This document shows, piece by piece, positions 21,288-31,963 of a stretch of DNA of 64,000 bases. Both the position numbers and the translations under genes were made by a program. The DNA comes from an uncultured Clostridium sp. (GTDB taxonomy: Bacteria; Bacillota; Clostridia; TANB77; CAG-508). The notes beneath the pieces are model-generated. The model searched no databases. It had not been told where the DNA came from and was given only the letters and a program-made list of their open reading frames with translations. The number at the start of each line of letters is the position of its first letter. Within the stretch, counting starts at the first letter, position 1. Location of the stretch: assembly GCA_947575605.1 (NCBI GenBank), contig CANPNZ010000002.1, forward strand, positions 31,020-95,019. Reading direction: 5' to 3'.

Positions 21288-22259
21288 ATGGAGGAAACTA
21301 TGCTTTTTTATAATTTTGATTACTTGGATGATTTCATAAAAAATGATATCATTCCTAATTTAAAAAAAGAAAGAGAAACCATAAAAGAAATTATAAATGT
21401 ATATGATAATAAAAAAAACAATTTATTAACCATTATCAACAACATGCTTGATATAGCAGATTCTATTCAAAAGCCTAATTTAGATGAGTTTCATAAAACT
21501 GTTTCTTTTTTAAAGCAATCTTTAGAAAACATAAATTTTATGGAAGAATTAGCTTCTAAATTAGAGCAAGAGTTAAGTTTAATCCTTTCTTTATATGACA
21601 AAAGTATCGAAAATAACTTGGAAGAAATAAAAGCAAATTTAGTAGAATATAATAAGCAACGTGATGAATTATCCCAAAAAATTTTAGAATTTGAAAATAC
21701 CTATACTTCTATTTTGAATTCTGCCATTGAATTATCTTTAAAAACAAATCGTAAAAAAGTAAAAAAACAAAATAAGATCAAAAACAATGCTTTTTCAAAA
21801 GATACCTTAAAAGTGAATATTGAACTGGAACCTTTTGATTATAACATTTTAACCGTTTCAGAAAAAGATCAAAAAGCTTATTTGCCTTTCTTCTACTCAG
21901 AAATAAAAGAAATTTACCAAAATTCAAATGATTATGCAACCTTACAAGATGTCGTAAATAATTTGTATATTGTTCCATTGGATCGATTCAGAAATTCGGC
22001 TATTGCTAGATTTAAAGAAAGCTTTCATTTAATGCGTAACAAAGAAAAGAGTTCTATTACGAAAGCTTTAGATTTAGCATTAGAGTTGATGTTTAAATAT
22101 GAACTAAATCCTATTGTTATTGCTGCTTGTAGAAATTTAGATGAATTAGATATTTACTTGGATTGTTTAGAAGAAAATGAATTGCAAGATTTTTCTTGTT
22201 TTGAGATAAAATTTGAAGTGATGCCAAAATTAACGAAAAAAAATACCTTTTTATTTTAA
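21288..22259 (+). CDS. hypothetical coiled-coil protein
   Basis: ORF with RBS GGAGGA; no recognisable domain. Confidence 0.4.
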   Translation: MEETMLFYNFDYLDDFIKNDIIPNLKKERETIKEIINVYDNKKNNLLTIINNMLDIADSIQKPNLDEFHKTVSFLKQSLENINFMEELASKLEQELSLILSLYDKSIENNLEEIKANLVEYNKQRDELSQKILEFENTYTSILNSAIELSLKTNRKKVKKQNKIKNNAFSKDTLKVNIELEPFDYNILTVSEKDQKAYLPFFYSEIKEIYQNSNDYATLQDVVNNLYIVPLDRFRNSAIARFKESFHLMRNKEKSSITKALDLALELMFKYELNPIVIAACRNLDELDIYLDCLEENELQDFSCFEIKFEVMPKLTKKNTFLF

Positions 22260-22279
22260 GGTATTTTTTCCTATTTTTT

Positions 22280-22930
22280 GTGTACACTAAATTTATTATG
22301 AATCAAATTCTAAGTACAAATTTAAAACAAAATAAAAAATCTCCCGAAAAGAAAAGTTGGTTTAAATTTCAGTTTACTTTTTCCGTGTTAATTATCATGA
22401 TATGTCTTTTTGGTATATCATCGTATTTTTATCATTTACAAAAAGAGGAAAATTTTTCCGATCGCCTAATTGCTAATTATAATATTTATCGTTTATATAG
22501 TACTCCTGAAAATAATCCACAAAGGGAATCTTCCAATGGCTTATTTGGTATTATAGAAATACCAAAAATCAATTTGTATTATCCTATATTTTCACATTTA
22601 ACAGAAGATTTATTAAAAGTTTCTCCTTGTAAATTTTATGGTGATACGCTAGATATCGAGGGAAATATCTGTATAGCGGGTCATAATTATGATAATTCTT
22701 TATTTTTTAGTAAAATATCTACTTTGTCGATAAATGATGAAATATCTATTTTTGATAATAATGGCAAACAATATCTTTATTGGATTTATGATATTTATGA
22801 AGTTTCTGAATCCGATCTTTCCCCTATTTTAAATTATCAAGAAGGTGAAAAAATTCTGACCTTAGTTACTTGCAATAATTTTAATAGCAATAGAATTATT
22901 GTAAGGGCAAAACAAAAAAAGCTTTCCTAA
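22280..22930 (+). CDS. sortase (class A/D-like)
   Basis: N-terminal TM; catalytic His region (CIAGHNYD) and LTLVTC Cys motif. Confidence 0.7.
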   Translation: MYTKFIMNQILSTNLKQNKKSPEKKSWFKFQFTFSVLIIMICLFGISSYFYHLQKEENFSDRLIANYNIYRLYSTPENNPQRESSNGLFGIIEIPKINLYYPIFSHLTEDLLKVSPCKFYGDTLDIEGNICIAGHNYDNSLFFSKISTLSINDEISIFDNNGKQYLYWIYDIYEVSESDLSPILNYQEGEKILTLVTCNNFNSNRIIVRAKQKKLS

Positions 22931-22963
22931 AAAAGCTTTTTATATAAAACAAGAAATCTTTAC

Positions 22964-23320
22964 TTATATGTTTCTATAATCTTTTATTTTCTTGTAAGCA
23001 TAAGCTGCTGATATACTAAATACAACTACTAACATAGCTACTGGAATAGAATCTTCTATACCTGTTTTTGGTAAATTGGTATTATTGTAAATACTTGAAT
23101 TGTTAGTATTATTAGCTTTGTTTGTATTGTTGGTATTAGTATTTCTGTTAGTATTATTAGTATTGCTATTACTATTTGTATTATTGTTATTGTTATTATT
23201 AACAGTTGGTGTTAAATCAGTAAAGTCATTGTCAGCTGCTAATACATTGGTACTAAACATCATTACCATTACCGTAATTAATAAAATTGAAAATAATTTG
23301 ATTAAATTTGATTTTTTCAT
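22964..23320 (-). CDS. small LPXTG (LPKTG) cell-wall-anchored protein, Asn/Thr-rich
   Basis: Signal peptide; N/T repeat region; LPKTG then hydrophobic domain and KKIKDYRNI tail; adjacent to the sortase. Confidence 0.7.
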   Translation of the reverse strand: MKKSNLIKLFSILLITVMVMMFSTNVLAADNDFTDLTPTVNNNNNNNTNSNSNTNNTNRNTNTNNTNKANNTNNSSIYNNTNLPKTGIEDSIPVAMLVVVFSISAAYAYKKIKDYRNI

Positions 23321-23540
23321 TTTTGTTTCTCCTTTTCTTTTTATACATTTTTTATTAGTATTCTTTTAATCGTTTTAAATTATACCACTTTTTTATGTAT
23401 AATTCAAGTGACTTTTACAAAAAATATATAAATACTAATTTCTTTCGTTTTCATTTATTATTTTATACTTAAAAATAATATAAGTCAATACTTTTTTTGG
23501 TTTTTAATTTTACATTTGCGTTACATAAATGTTACATTTT

Positions 23541-24632
23541 TTACACATTAAATTTGAATAGTACAATATCCCCATCTTGCATAACATATTCCTTTCCTTC
23601 GGAACGTACCAATCCTTTTTCCTTTGCATTTGCCATAGAACCTACCTTCATTAAATCAGAATAAGAAACAACATCTGCTTTTATAAATCCTCTTTCAATA
23701 TCTGAGTGAATTTTGCCAGCTGCTTGCGGAGCTTTGGTTCCTTTTTTTATCGTCCATGCTCTTACTTCTGGCTCACCAGCTGTTAGAAATGACATTAATC
23801 CTAATAAATCATAACTTTTTTTAATTACTTTATCGAGTCCCGATTCTTCTAATCCAAGAGCTTCTAGCATTTCTTTTTTGTCTCCTTCTTCTAAACCAGA
23901 TAATTCTTCTTCTATTTTTACGCATAATGGTATTACTTCTGCTTTTTCCTTTGCCGCATAGTCTTTTACTTTCTTTACCATCTCATCCTTTTCCAGATCC
24001 TCTAGTTGTTCTTCTGAAACATTAGCAATGTATAAAATCGGTTTTGTGGTTAATAAAAACATTTCTTTTACCAATTCTTCCTCTTCTTCACTAAAATCAA
24101 TGGCTCTTGCTGATATTCCATTTTCTAAATTTTCTTTTATTTTTTCTAATAGATTAATTTCTTCTTGGTATTTTTTGTCTGCTTTTAAATTTTTTCTTGC
24201 TTTATCTAACCTTTTATTGACAGTTTCTATGTCAGCAAAAATTAATTCTAAATTAATTGTCTCTATGTCTCTAATCGGGTCAACATTTCCATCTACATGG
24301 ACAACATTGGAATCTTCAAAACATCTTACCACTTCACATATACTGTCTGTTTCGCGGATATGAGATAAAAATTTATTTCCTAGACCTTCCCCTTTGCTAG
24401 CTCCTTTTACTAATCCAGCTATGTCAACAAATTCAATGACAGCATGGGTTGTTTTTTGTGGTTGATACATCTTGGTTAATTCTTCTAATCTTTCATCTGG
24501 TACACCAACGACCCCTACATTTGGTTCAATCGTACAAAATGGATAATTGGCACATTCTGCCCCTGCTTTTGTAATACTATTAAACATGGTACTTTTTCCG
24601 ACATTTGGTAATCCTACAATTCCTATTTTCAT
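23541..24632 (-). CDS. ychF: ribosome-binding ATPase YchF
   Basis: GLPNVGKST P-loop; 363 aa with TGS domain C-terminus. Confidence 0.9.
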   Translation of the reverse strand: MKIGIVGLPNVGKSTMFNSITKAGAECANYPFCTIEPNVGVVGVPDERLEELTKMYQPQKTTHAVIEFVDIAGLVKGASKGEGLGNKFLSHIRETDSICEVVRCFEDSNVVHVDGNVDPIRDIETINLELIFADIETVNKRLDKARKNLKADKKYQEEINLLEKIKENLENGISARAIDFSEEEEELVKEMFLLTTKPILYIANVSEEQLEDLEKDEMVKKVKDYAAKEKAEVIPLCVKIEEELSGLEEGDKKEMLEALGLEESGLDKVIKKSYDLLGLMSFLTAGEPEVRAWTIKKGTKAPQAAGKIHSDIERGFIKADVVSYSDLMKVGSMANAKEKGLVRSEGKEYVMQDGDIVLFKFNV

Positions 24633-24654
24633 CTTTTTTTCCTTTCCAAAACTT

Positions 24655-24850
24655 ACTATTGTTTATTAGAAAATATTGCCAATCCAAGATAATTTATATT
24701 ATTTTTGCAACTACTTTGTAAGCGATCAAACGAGCTATGCGAGTGCGATTGGAGCAATCGACGAACATCTCTTTAATTTTGGAGATTGCGACGCACAAAG
24801 TGTAAAAAAATACTATAAATTATCTTGGAGGCAGATTACTAAAAAACATA
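24655..24850. repeat. Family C palindromic repeat (core aagcgatcaaacgagctatgcgagtgcgattggagcaatcgac)
   Basis: Core about 90 % identical to 41003-41065; flanked by imperfect inverted arms. Confidence 0.65.
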
Positions 24851-24852
24851 AA

Positions 24853-26763
24853 TTAGCTATTTTTTAGTTTTTGTTCAAAATCTTCTATGGACATAGTTCC
24901 CATATCGCCTTCTTCTCTGGAGCGAACTGCGACTGTCTTGGCCTCTACTTCTTTATCTCCAACAACTAGCATATATGGCACTTTTTCAAGCTGAGCTTCT
25001 CTAATTTTGTATCCGATTTTTTCATTCCTATCATCGACTACTACACGAATACCTTTTTTGAATAGTTCTTCTCTTACTTGTTTTGCATATTCTTGTTGAT
25101 TATCTGTAATTGGTAGTATTTTTACTTGTGTTGGTGCTAACCAGATTGGGAAAGCTCCTTTATATTCTTCGATTAAGAAAGATAAGAAACGATCAAAAGT
25201 ACCTAAAATAGCTCTATGAATCACAACTGGTCTATGTGCTTTTCCATCTTCTCCAATATATTCTAATTCAAATCTTTGTGGCAATAAGAAATCTAATTGA
25301 CAAGTTGATATAGTAATATCATGTCCAATTGCTGTTTTGATTTGAACATCTAGTTTTGGGCCATAAAATGCTGCCTCTCCTTCTGCTTCATAGAAATTAA
25401 TTCCTAATTCTGTTAAAATTTCTCTTAATTGACTCTCTGCGTTATCCCACATTTCATCATCATCTAAATATTTTTCTTTATCCTTTTTATCTCTTAAGGA
25501 TAAACGGAAAGTATAATCTTTAAATCCAAAATCTTCATACACAGATAAAATTAATTTTACCACTTCACCAAATACGGACTTGATTTGTTCTGGTGTTACA
25601 AAGATATGGGCATCATTTTGACACATTTCACGAACTCTCTCTAGTCCGCAAACACTACCACTTGATTCATATCTAAAATCATGGGCTAATTCTCCTATCT
25701 TGATTGGTAAATCACGATAAGAATGTAATTTGTTTTTGTAAATTAACATATGATGAGGACAGTTCATTGGTCTTAAAACCAATTCTTCATTATCCATTTT
25801 CATAACAGGAAACATATCTTCATGGTAATGATCCCAATGACCACTTGTTTTATATAACGCTACATTAGCAAGTGATGGTGTATAAACGTGTTGATAACCT
25901 AAAGCAATTTCTTTATCCGCAATATATCTTTCTAAAATTCTTCTAATGGTTGCTCCATTTGGTAAATACATAGGAAGACCAGAACCTACCAATTCATGTG
26001 TCATAAATAGTTCTTGCTCTTTTCCTATTTTTCTATGATCTCTTTGTCTTGCTTCTTCTAAAAAATCTAAATGTTCTTGTAACATACTTGCTTTTGGAAA
26101 AGAAATAGCATAGATTCTTTGTAACATTTTATTTTTCTCGCTACCTCTCCAATAAGCTCCAGAAGAAGATAAAATTTTGACTGTTTTTACTTTTCCTGTA
26201 CTTTCTAAATGAGGACCTGCACATAAATCAGTAAAATCACCTTGTTCATAAAAACTGATTTCTTCTCCTTCTGCTAGTTCTTCAATTAATTCTACTTTAT
26301 ATGGTTCATTTTTCATGAATGCAATGGCTTCACTTTTAGGCAAAGAAAATCTTTTAATGGATAAATCTTCTTTGATGATTTTTCTCATTTCTTCTTCGAT
26401 GTTTGCTTTATCTTCATCCGTAAAAGGTTTTTCTACATCAAAATCATAATAAAATCCTTCGTCTATGGCTGGTCCGATTGCCATTTTAGCATCTGGAAAT
26501 AATCTTTTTACAGCTTGTGCCATAATATGTGATGTGGTATGCCAGTATGCTTTCTTTCCCTCTATATCTTCATTTTGAAAAGTATGAATGACTAATTGGC
26601 AATCTTGTTTTAATTCATATCTTAAATCTTTTACTTCTCCATCTACTTCCCCACATGTAGCATTTCTTGCTAGTCCTTCACTAATTTGTTTTGCTACTTC
26701 TAAAATAGAACTTCCTTCTTGTACTTCTAAAATTGACCCATCTTTTAATGATACTTTAATCAT
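24853..26763 (-). CDS. thrS: threonine--tRNA ligase
   Basis: TGS, editing and class II catalytic domains; start MIKVSLKDGS with AAGGAGG RBS. Confidence 0.95.
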   Translation of the reverse strand: MIKVSLKDGSILEVQEGSSILEVAKQISEGLARNATCGEVDGEVKDLRYELKQDCQLVIHTFQNEDIEGKKAYWHTTSHIMAQAVKRLFPDAKMAIGPAIDEGFYYDFDVEKPFTDEDKANIEEEMRKIIKEDLSIKRFSLPKSEAIAFMKNEPYKVELIEELAEGEEISFYEQGDFTDLCAGPHLESTGKVKTVKILSSSGAYWRGSEKNKMLQRIYAISFPKASMLQEHLDFLEEARQRDHRKIGKEQELFMTHELVGSGLPMYLPNGATIRRILERYIADKEIALGYQHVYTPSLANVALYKTSGHWDHYHEDMFPVMKMDNEELVLRPMNCPHHMLIYKNKLHSYRDLPIKIGELAHDFRYESSGSVCGLERVREMCQNDAHIFVTPEQIKSVFGEVVKLILSVYEDFGFKDYTFRLSLRDKKDKEKYLDDDEMWDNAESQLREILTELGINFYEAEGEAAFYGPKLDVQIKTAIGHDITISTCQLDFLLPQRFELEYIGEDGKAHRPVVIHRAILGTFDRFLSFLIEEYKGAFPIWLAPTQVKILPITDNQQEYAKQVREELFKKGIRVVVDDRNEKIGYKIREAQLEKVPYMLVVGDKEVEAKTVAVRSREEGDMGTMSIEDFEQKLKNS

Positions 26764-26769
26764 ATCAAT

Positions 26770-27040
26770 TCCTCCTTTAAACATCAAAAAACACTCCAAT
26801 TGATAATTACTATCTAGGAGTGTATATTTTACACGGTTCCATCCTATTTTTTACTTAATTTAAGAGGATAACGGTTCTTTTCCGCCTAGCTTATTCACTA
26901 GGAACTTTCGAAGAGTTAGTTTTTCAGATAGGTTTTCTTGAATCGGTTTCCAGCCTAAGACCCATTCTCTCTTGAAGTAACCTCTATCTTACTTTTCTCT
27001 TACTTGTTTTTATTTTTTATAAGGCAATAAATTTAAAATC
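26770..27040 (-). promoter_or_regulatory. T-box riboswitch leader (Thr specifier ACC) with terminator
   Basis: On the minus strand: AGAGAG, specifier region gaaaACCtatc, and T-box sequence AATAGGATGGAACCGTG. Terminator ACACTCC...GGAGTGT followed by T6 just before the thrS RBS. Confidence 0.7.
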
Positions 27041-27174
27041 ACACTATATTCTCAATTTATAGCCATTTTCTTTTCTCACCATTATAATTTTAATCTATTT
27101 TTTGAAAAAAGTCAATAGAAATTGTTTACTTTTTTGTTTTCTTGTTGTATAATAAAAAAGTGATGTGTCTTTAT

Positions 27175-27250
27175 GCTTCCATAGCTCAGTTGGTAGAGTG
27201 CTACCTTGGTAAGGTAGAGGTCACGGGTTCAATTCCCGTTGGAAGCCCCA
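27175..27250 (+). tRNA. tRNA-Thr (anticodon GGT)
   Basis: Cloverleaf; anticodon loop TTGGTAA; T-loop GGTTCAATTCC; 3' CCA encoded. Confidence 0.9.
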
Positions 27251-27323
27251 TGAATTCTAATAAAAAGAGTTGTTAGCTTTTATTTTGGCAACAACTCTTT
27301 TTTTATTCGTAGTACTTTGATTA

Positions 27324-27974
27324 CTACTCATTTTCATTAAACATATTTTTTATTGCTTTTTTTCGTATTCTTTGTATGGCATTATCTACTGATTTTACAG
27401 GGGAATCTAATTTTTCTGCTATGGTTATATAACTTTCTCCTTTTATAAATCTAGCTAAAACTTGTTTTTCAAATTTGCTTAAATGTTTATTTACTGCTGT
27501 TTCAACTTCTTCATAATATTCTTTTTTCATTACTGTTTCTAATGGGTCTTCTATGGTTTTACTATTAAATGTGTCCATTAATTCTACACTATCTTCTTCG
27601 TTGTTGTCATACGCTGCCGTATTTAATGACAAATACGAATTTAAAGGCATGTGCTTTTGTCTGTTCGAACTTTTTATAGCTGTTATTAATTGTCTTTCAA
27701 TACAAATATTAGCAAATGATTTGAAAGTACTTTGTTTTTCCTCATTAAAGCTTTTGATTGCCTTAAACAGCCCTATCATTCCCTCTTGTACAATGTCTTC
27801 TTTTTCTGCTCCAATGATAAAATATTTTCCTACCTTTACATTAACTAAATTTTTGTATTTCTCTAACAAGTAAGATAAAGCTTTTTCGTCTCCTTCTTTA
27901 ATTAGAGATACTATCTGTTCGTCTGCTAAATTATTGTATTGATTAGTTGTGTAGAATACATTTTCATTTTGCAT
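27324..27974 (-). CDS. sigH: RNA polymerase sigma factor SigH
   Basis: DIVQEGMIGLFKAIKSFNEEK and the region 4 HTH closely match Bacillus SigH. Confidence 0.85.
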   Translation of the reverse strand: MQNENVFYTTNQYNNLADEQIVSLIKEGDEKALSYLLEKYKNLVNVKVGKYFIIGAEKEDIVQEGMIGLFKAIKSFNEEKQSTFKSFANICIERQLITAIKSSNRQKHMPLNSYLSLNTAAYDNNEEDSVELMDTFNSKTIEDPLETVMKKEYYEEVETAVNKHLSKFEKQVLARFIKGESYITIAEKLDSPVKSVDNAIQRIRKKAIKNMFNENE

Positions 27975-28140
27975 ATGTGTTTTAATACCTCCAAAATGTA
28001 CTTTTTTCTTATTATATCTATCATTTTTCGCATTGTCAAGCAGTTTTTAAGGTTTTTTTTACTATTTTGCTAATATTTGTTACTGGACAGCCTACTCTTA
28101 TATTTTTTAATGAGAAAACATGACTAATAACTAGAAAATA

Positions 28141-29862
28141 TTACAAGCCTAATTCTTCTTTTAGCATTCCCCAGACATCATCTGTTTCCATTCCTTTTTG
28201 CCAAGAACCAACACCAGCTAAATCATTTTCTTTAATCAAGGAAAGTTTAGCTTTTAAAGAATCGATATCCTCTATCCATATTTGTTTTTTATTTCCCTCT
28301 TCTGTATATTCTACATAATTTTGTTTTAATGTATCATCCCATTGTTTTTCTGTTCCATCTGGTATTACTTTATCTATATTTTTCATGGCTACTGTTTTAC
28401 TGGTTGTTTTTCCTTCGTTATCAGTTGTCCAAACCCTTGTATAGAATGGGATTGCTAAAATAATTCTATTGGCTTCAATTTCTTCTGTTTGTAAAAATTT
28501 ATTTAAACTTAATTTAACCCAATCATATCCTGCTGTTGTTCCTGGTTTGGTACTAGATACGCCATATTCATCATAGGCCATAAATACAATATAATCTGCT
28601 ACATTTCCTATTACATGTCGATCAAAGCACATTGACCAGGTTTCTCCTCCATCTGGTGCTGTTACATCAACAGAAGTAATTAATCCAATTTCTTTTAATC
28701 TAGGCGTTAATTCTATGATAAACCTAGAAAACATATTTTTATCTTCTTGTTTCATATTTTCAAAGTCAATATTAATTCCATCTAATTCATATTTAACACA
28801 AACATTTACTATCTTTTCTATTAATTTTTGTCTTTTTTCGTAATGATTCATAATATCTGATGTAATGGATAAACTTTCTGTTGCTGCTTCCGCATTTGAT
28901 ACCATTGGCCAAACCTTATACCCATTAGCATGAGCCCATTCCATATAAGCTTGTCCCTTACTTCCTACATTTTCTTTCAAATCACCTTTTTCATCTAAAT
29001 AGAAAAAGGCAGGTGATACAACATTAACGCCTTCTATGCTTGTCCCATTTCTTTCTGGAGCTGAGGCATATTTTGAAAAGTAATCCCAAATTAGATTAAC
29101 TTTTCCTTCTATTTGTTTTTCTTCTTCCATTGCTTCTCGAACCGTATATTCATTTTCTAATTTCTCTGACTTAACATATCCTAATTTTCCATTTTCTGTT
29201 CTAACTTTTGTCTTTCCTTTATCAGAAGATACGACAATAACGCTTTCTCCTTTTTGTATTCTGTCTACTGTTTTAGCAATTATATTAGTAGAAGATTTAA
29301 CAGGTATATTAGACGAAACAATCGCTCTTTTTTGTTCTTTGTCTAAGGAATCCATTGTAATTACTTTCGATTCTTCTATATTTTCTATTTCTATATCATA
29401 CACATCTTTCATTTCTGATATTGGCAAATATTCTACCTCATCTTTTTTGATGGCATGGGCATAGATATTCTTTTCAGAACCATTTATGGTAATACTATTT
29501 TTTTCAAAGCCAATAGTTGCTATTTTTTTATCATAAGTTGTTACAATTTGATTGGATTCTTTCTCATCATATATATACTTATCAAAAAAATTAGCAATAT
29601 CCGATTTAGAAAGATAGATAACGTTATTTTCAATGATAATGTCATTTTTTAAGTTAGATGTGACATTTCTATTATTAATGACTAAATTTGTTTTTTTGTT
29701 GTTATCTAATATAATATAGTCATTCGCTATTAAGGCAACAAATGCTAACAAAATGATGGCTACTATTGTAATAAAAACTTTTATAATCGTTTTTTTCTTT
29801 TTTTCCACTTGTTCTTTTGACATTCTTTTGGGTTCTTTTTTTGTTTTCTTTATTTCTTCCAT
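28141..29862 (-). CDS. glycoside hydrolase family 18 protein (YdhD/SleL-like peptidoglycan hydrolase) with N-terminal TM
   Basis: GH18 catalytic motif DGINIDFE; SH3/LysM-like N-terminal repeats. Confidence 0.7.
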   Translation of the reverse strand: MEEIKKTKKEPKRMSKEQVEKKKKTIIKVFITIVAIILLAFVALIANDYIILDNNKKTNLVINNRNVTSNLKNDIIIENNVIYLSKSDIANFFDKYIYDEKESNQIVTTYDKKIATIGFEKNSITINGSEKNIYAHAIKKDEVEYLPISEMKDVYDIEIENIEESKVITMDSLDKEQKRAIVSSNIPVKSSTNIIAKTVDRIQKGESVIVVSSDKGKTKVRTENGKLGYVKSEKLENEYTVREAMEEEKQIEGKVNLIWDYFSKYASAPERNGTSIEGVNVVSPAFFYLDEKGDLKENVGSKGQAYMEWAHANGYKVWPMVSNAEAATESLSITSDIMNHYEKRQKLIEKIVNVCVKYELDGINIDFENMKQEDKNMFSRFIIELTPRLKEIGLITSVDVTAPDGGETWSMCFDRHVIGNVADYIVFMAYDEYGVSSTKPGTTAGYDWVKLSLNKFLQTEEIEANRIILAIPFYTRVWTTDNEGKTTSKTVAMKNIDKVIPDGTEKQWDDTLKQNYVEYTEEGNKKQIWIEDIDSLKAKLSLIKENDLAGVGSWQKGMETDDVWGMLKEELGL

Positions 29863-30048
29863 TTTTCTTCATCCTTTCATTTGTTCTTACTATAACACAA
29901 AACTTTATTTTAGCAAATAGTTTTTTCTATTTTTTTCGACTTTGTTTTTTATGTCCGTTACTGTTCAGCCTTATAAATTGTTTTGTTTGAAAGTTTAGTC
30001 TATTATTTATGAAATACCGCTGTCCCATTAATACGATTAAACGCTACT

Positions 30049-30735
30049 TTAAACTTTCTTCATATTTCGCAAAATTTCTTTTTTCTCCTCTGCTATTCGA
30101 TAGGATTCTATTGCCTTTTGTAATGCTTTATTATAAGTAAATTTATCTAAGTTGGCAGACTTCAAAAATTTTATGGTTTTATCATAAAATTTAATCAGAC
30201 AAATAGATATGGCCCATGCTACTGCCATTTGGACATAATAAGCTTGATTCGTTATGTTTTCAAAAATTTCTAAATCTTTTTGAATGTACTCCTCTTCTAT
30301 ATAAAAATCTAAAATCATAACAACAGCAAATCTAATTTCAAATTCTTGATTAGAAGTTAGATATTTTTGTAAGAATTCCCACATTTCTTTTTTATACTTT
30401 TTCGTTATTTTTAAACCTGCGCAAAACACATCACACACAGCCCAATTATCAATTTTCGGTACAAATTCTTCCATATGTTTTTTTACGGTTTCTATCTCTT
30501 CTTTTTCAAGTCCAATTAACATACCTTGCAACATAATTTCTTCATAATATTGATGATCGATTTGTTCTAATAATTCTTTTATTTCATATTGTTTTGCCAA
30601 TTCTTTTGCATAATTTCTTAATACAGGAACTCTTACACCAATTATATTGTCTGTTCCTGGACATAACCCACTATGAAATTGTTTATATTTTTCATCTTTT
30701 AATTCCAATAATTTTTCTTTTATTTTTTGTTTCAT
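30049..30735 (-). CDS. DNA alkylation repair enzyme (AlkD-like HEAT-repeat glycosylase)
   Basis: Family-typical sequence (FHSGLCPGTDNIIGVRVPVLR...). Confidence 0.7.
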   Translation of the reverse strand: MKQKIKEKLLELKDEKYKQFHSGLCPGTDNIIGVRVPVLRNYAKELAKQYEIKELLEQIDHQYYEEIMLQGMLIGLEKEEIETVKKHMEEFVPKIDNWAVCDVFCAGLKITKKYKKEMWEFLQKYLTSNQEFEIRFAVVMILDFYIEEEYIQKDLEIFENITNQAYYVQMAVAWAISICLIKFYDKTIKFLKSANLDKFTYNKALQKAIESYRIAEEKKEILRNMKKV

Positions 30736-30911
30736 TTAATCTCCTATATTCCACTTTCAACAGTTCCTAAGTTTTCTTAATTTTATAAAGAAAGTTATAT
30801 GTATTTAAAGTATTCTAACATAAAGTTTTTATTTTCTCAATAAAAAGTCGAAACTTGAAAAATTTGCAATCCTTTCCAAATCATTATATAATAATATAGT
30901 CGGAGGTATCC

Positions 30912-31943
30912 ATGAAAATTTTAGATGCAAAAAATAAAATAGAAGAAAAAAAATTAAAAGAAATAGCTTATGGCATGAAAAATGGTAAAATCTGTGTATT
31001 TCCAACAGAAACGGTTTATGGTATTGGAACCAATGGATTAGATGAAAAAGCAGTAGAAAAAATTTACGCAATTAAAAAAAGAAGTAAAAAAAATCCTATC
31101 AATTTATTAGTTAGTGACATGGCAATGATTGAGAACATAACACAAAATATTTCACCTCTTGAATATAAACTTATGGAGGCTTTCTTTCCTGGTCCTTTTA
31201 CCATTATCTTAAAAAAGAAATCTATCGTACCTAATATAGTAACTGCCAATTCCAATTTGGTTGGCATTCGTATGCCAAGTAGTACCATTGCCCAAAAAAT
31301 AGTTACCTTAGCTGGTATTCCCCTTGCCGCGCCGAGTGCTAATCTTTCAGGTACCTTAAGTGGAACTAATTTACAAGATATTCTAGCTGAGTTTTCTAAT
31401 GATATAGATTTTGCTATTGATGGTGGGGAAAGCAAAATTGGAATGGAATCAACTATTATTAAAGTTATGGATAATATTCCTCACATTTTAAGGCCTGGTT
31501 CTATTACACCAAAACAAATAAAAGATGTTGCGGGTAATGTTATTTTAGAGCAGATACATAATGATATTTTACCTAGCTCCAAGATGGAACATTACCAATT
31601 AAATGTCCCTTCTACTTTGATTTACAGTCAAGATAATAAAAAAATAATAGATAAAATTATAAATTTGAGTAGAAATTATAAAAATCCTGTTGTAGTTTGT
31701 TGCTCTGAAAATGTAGATTCCTATTCTACCACTCTACCTACAAAAAATATTATAGGTGTTGCTTCTAAAAATTCTTTAGAAGACTATTCGAAAAATCTTT
31801 TTACTTCTCTGCGTAAAGCTTCTTCCCTTACTCCTGATATGATATTAATAGAGGGAATTGATGAAAAAGAAGGTTTAGGAATTGCGATTAGGAATCGTTT
31901 GGAAAATATTTGTACGAATCAATTACTATTAGATAATATGTAA
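30912..31943 (+). CDS. tsaC: L-threonylcarbamoyladenylate synthase (TsaC/Sua5/YwlC)
   Basis: VFPTETVYGIG and YrdC domain plus Sua5 C-terminal domain. Confidence 0.85.
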   Translation: MKILDAKNKIEEKKLKEIAYGMKNGKICVFPTETVYGIGTNGLDEKAVEKIYAIKKRSKKNPINLLVSDMAMIENITQNISPLEYKLMEAFFPGPFTIILKKKSIVPNIVTANSNLVGIRMPSSTIAQKIVTLAGIPLAAPSANLSGTLSGTNLQDILAEFSNDIDFAIDGGESKIGMESTIIKVMDNIPHILRPGSITPKQIKDVAGNVILEQIHNDILPSSKMEHYQLNVPSTLIYSQDNKKIIDKIINLSRNYKNPVVVCCSENVDSYSTTLPTKNIIGVASKNSLEDYSKNLFTSLRKASSLTPDMILIEGIDEKEGLGIAIRNRLENICTNQLLLDNM

Positions 31944-31963
31944 AATGAAAGGGAATTAATAGT

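Noticed and set aside
24676-24867. 63-aa ORF at 24676-24867
   Set aside because: It lies wholly inside the Family C palindromic repeat, and its sequence is dictated by the repeat.
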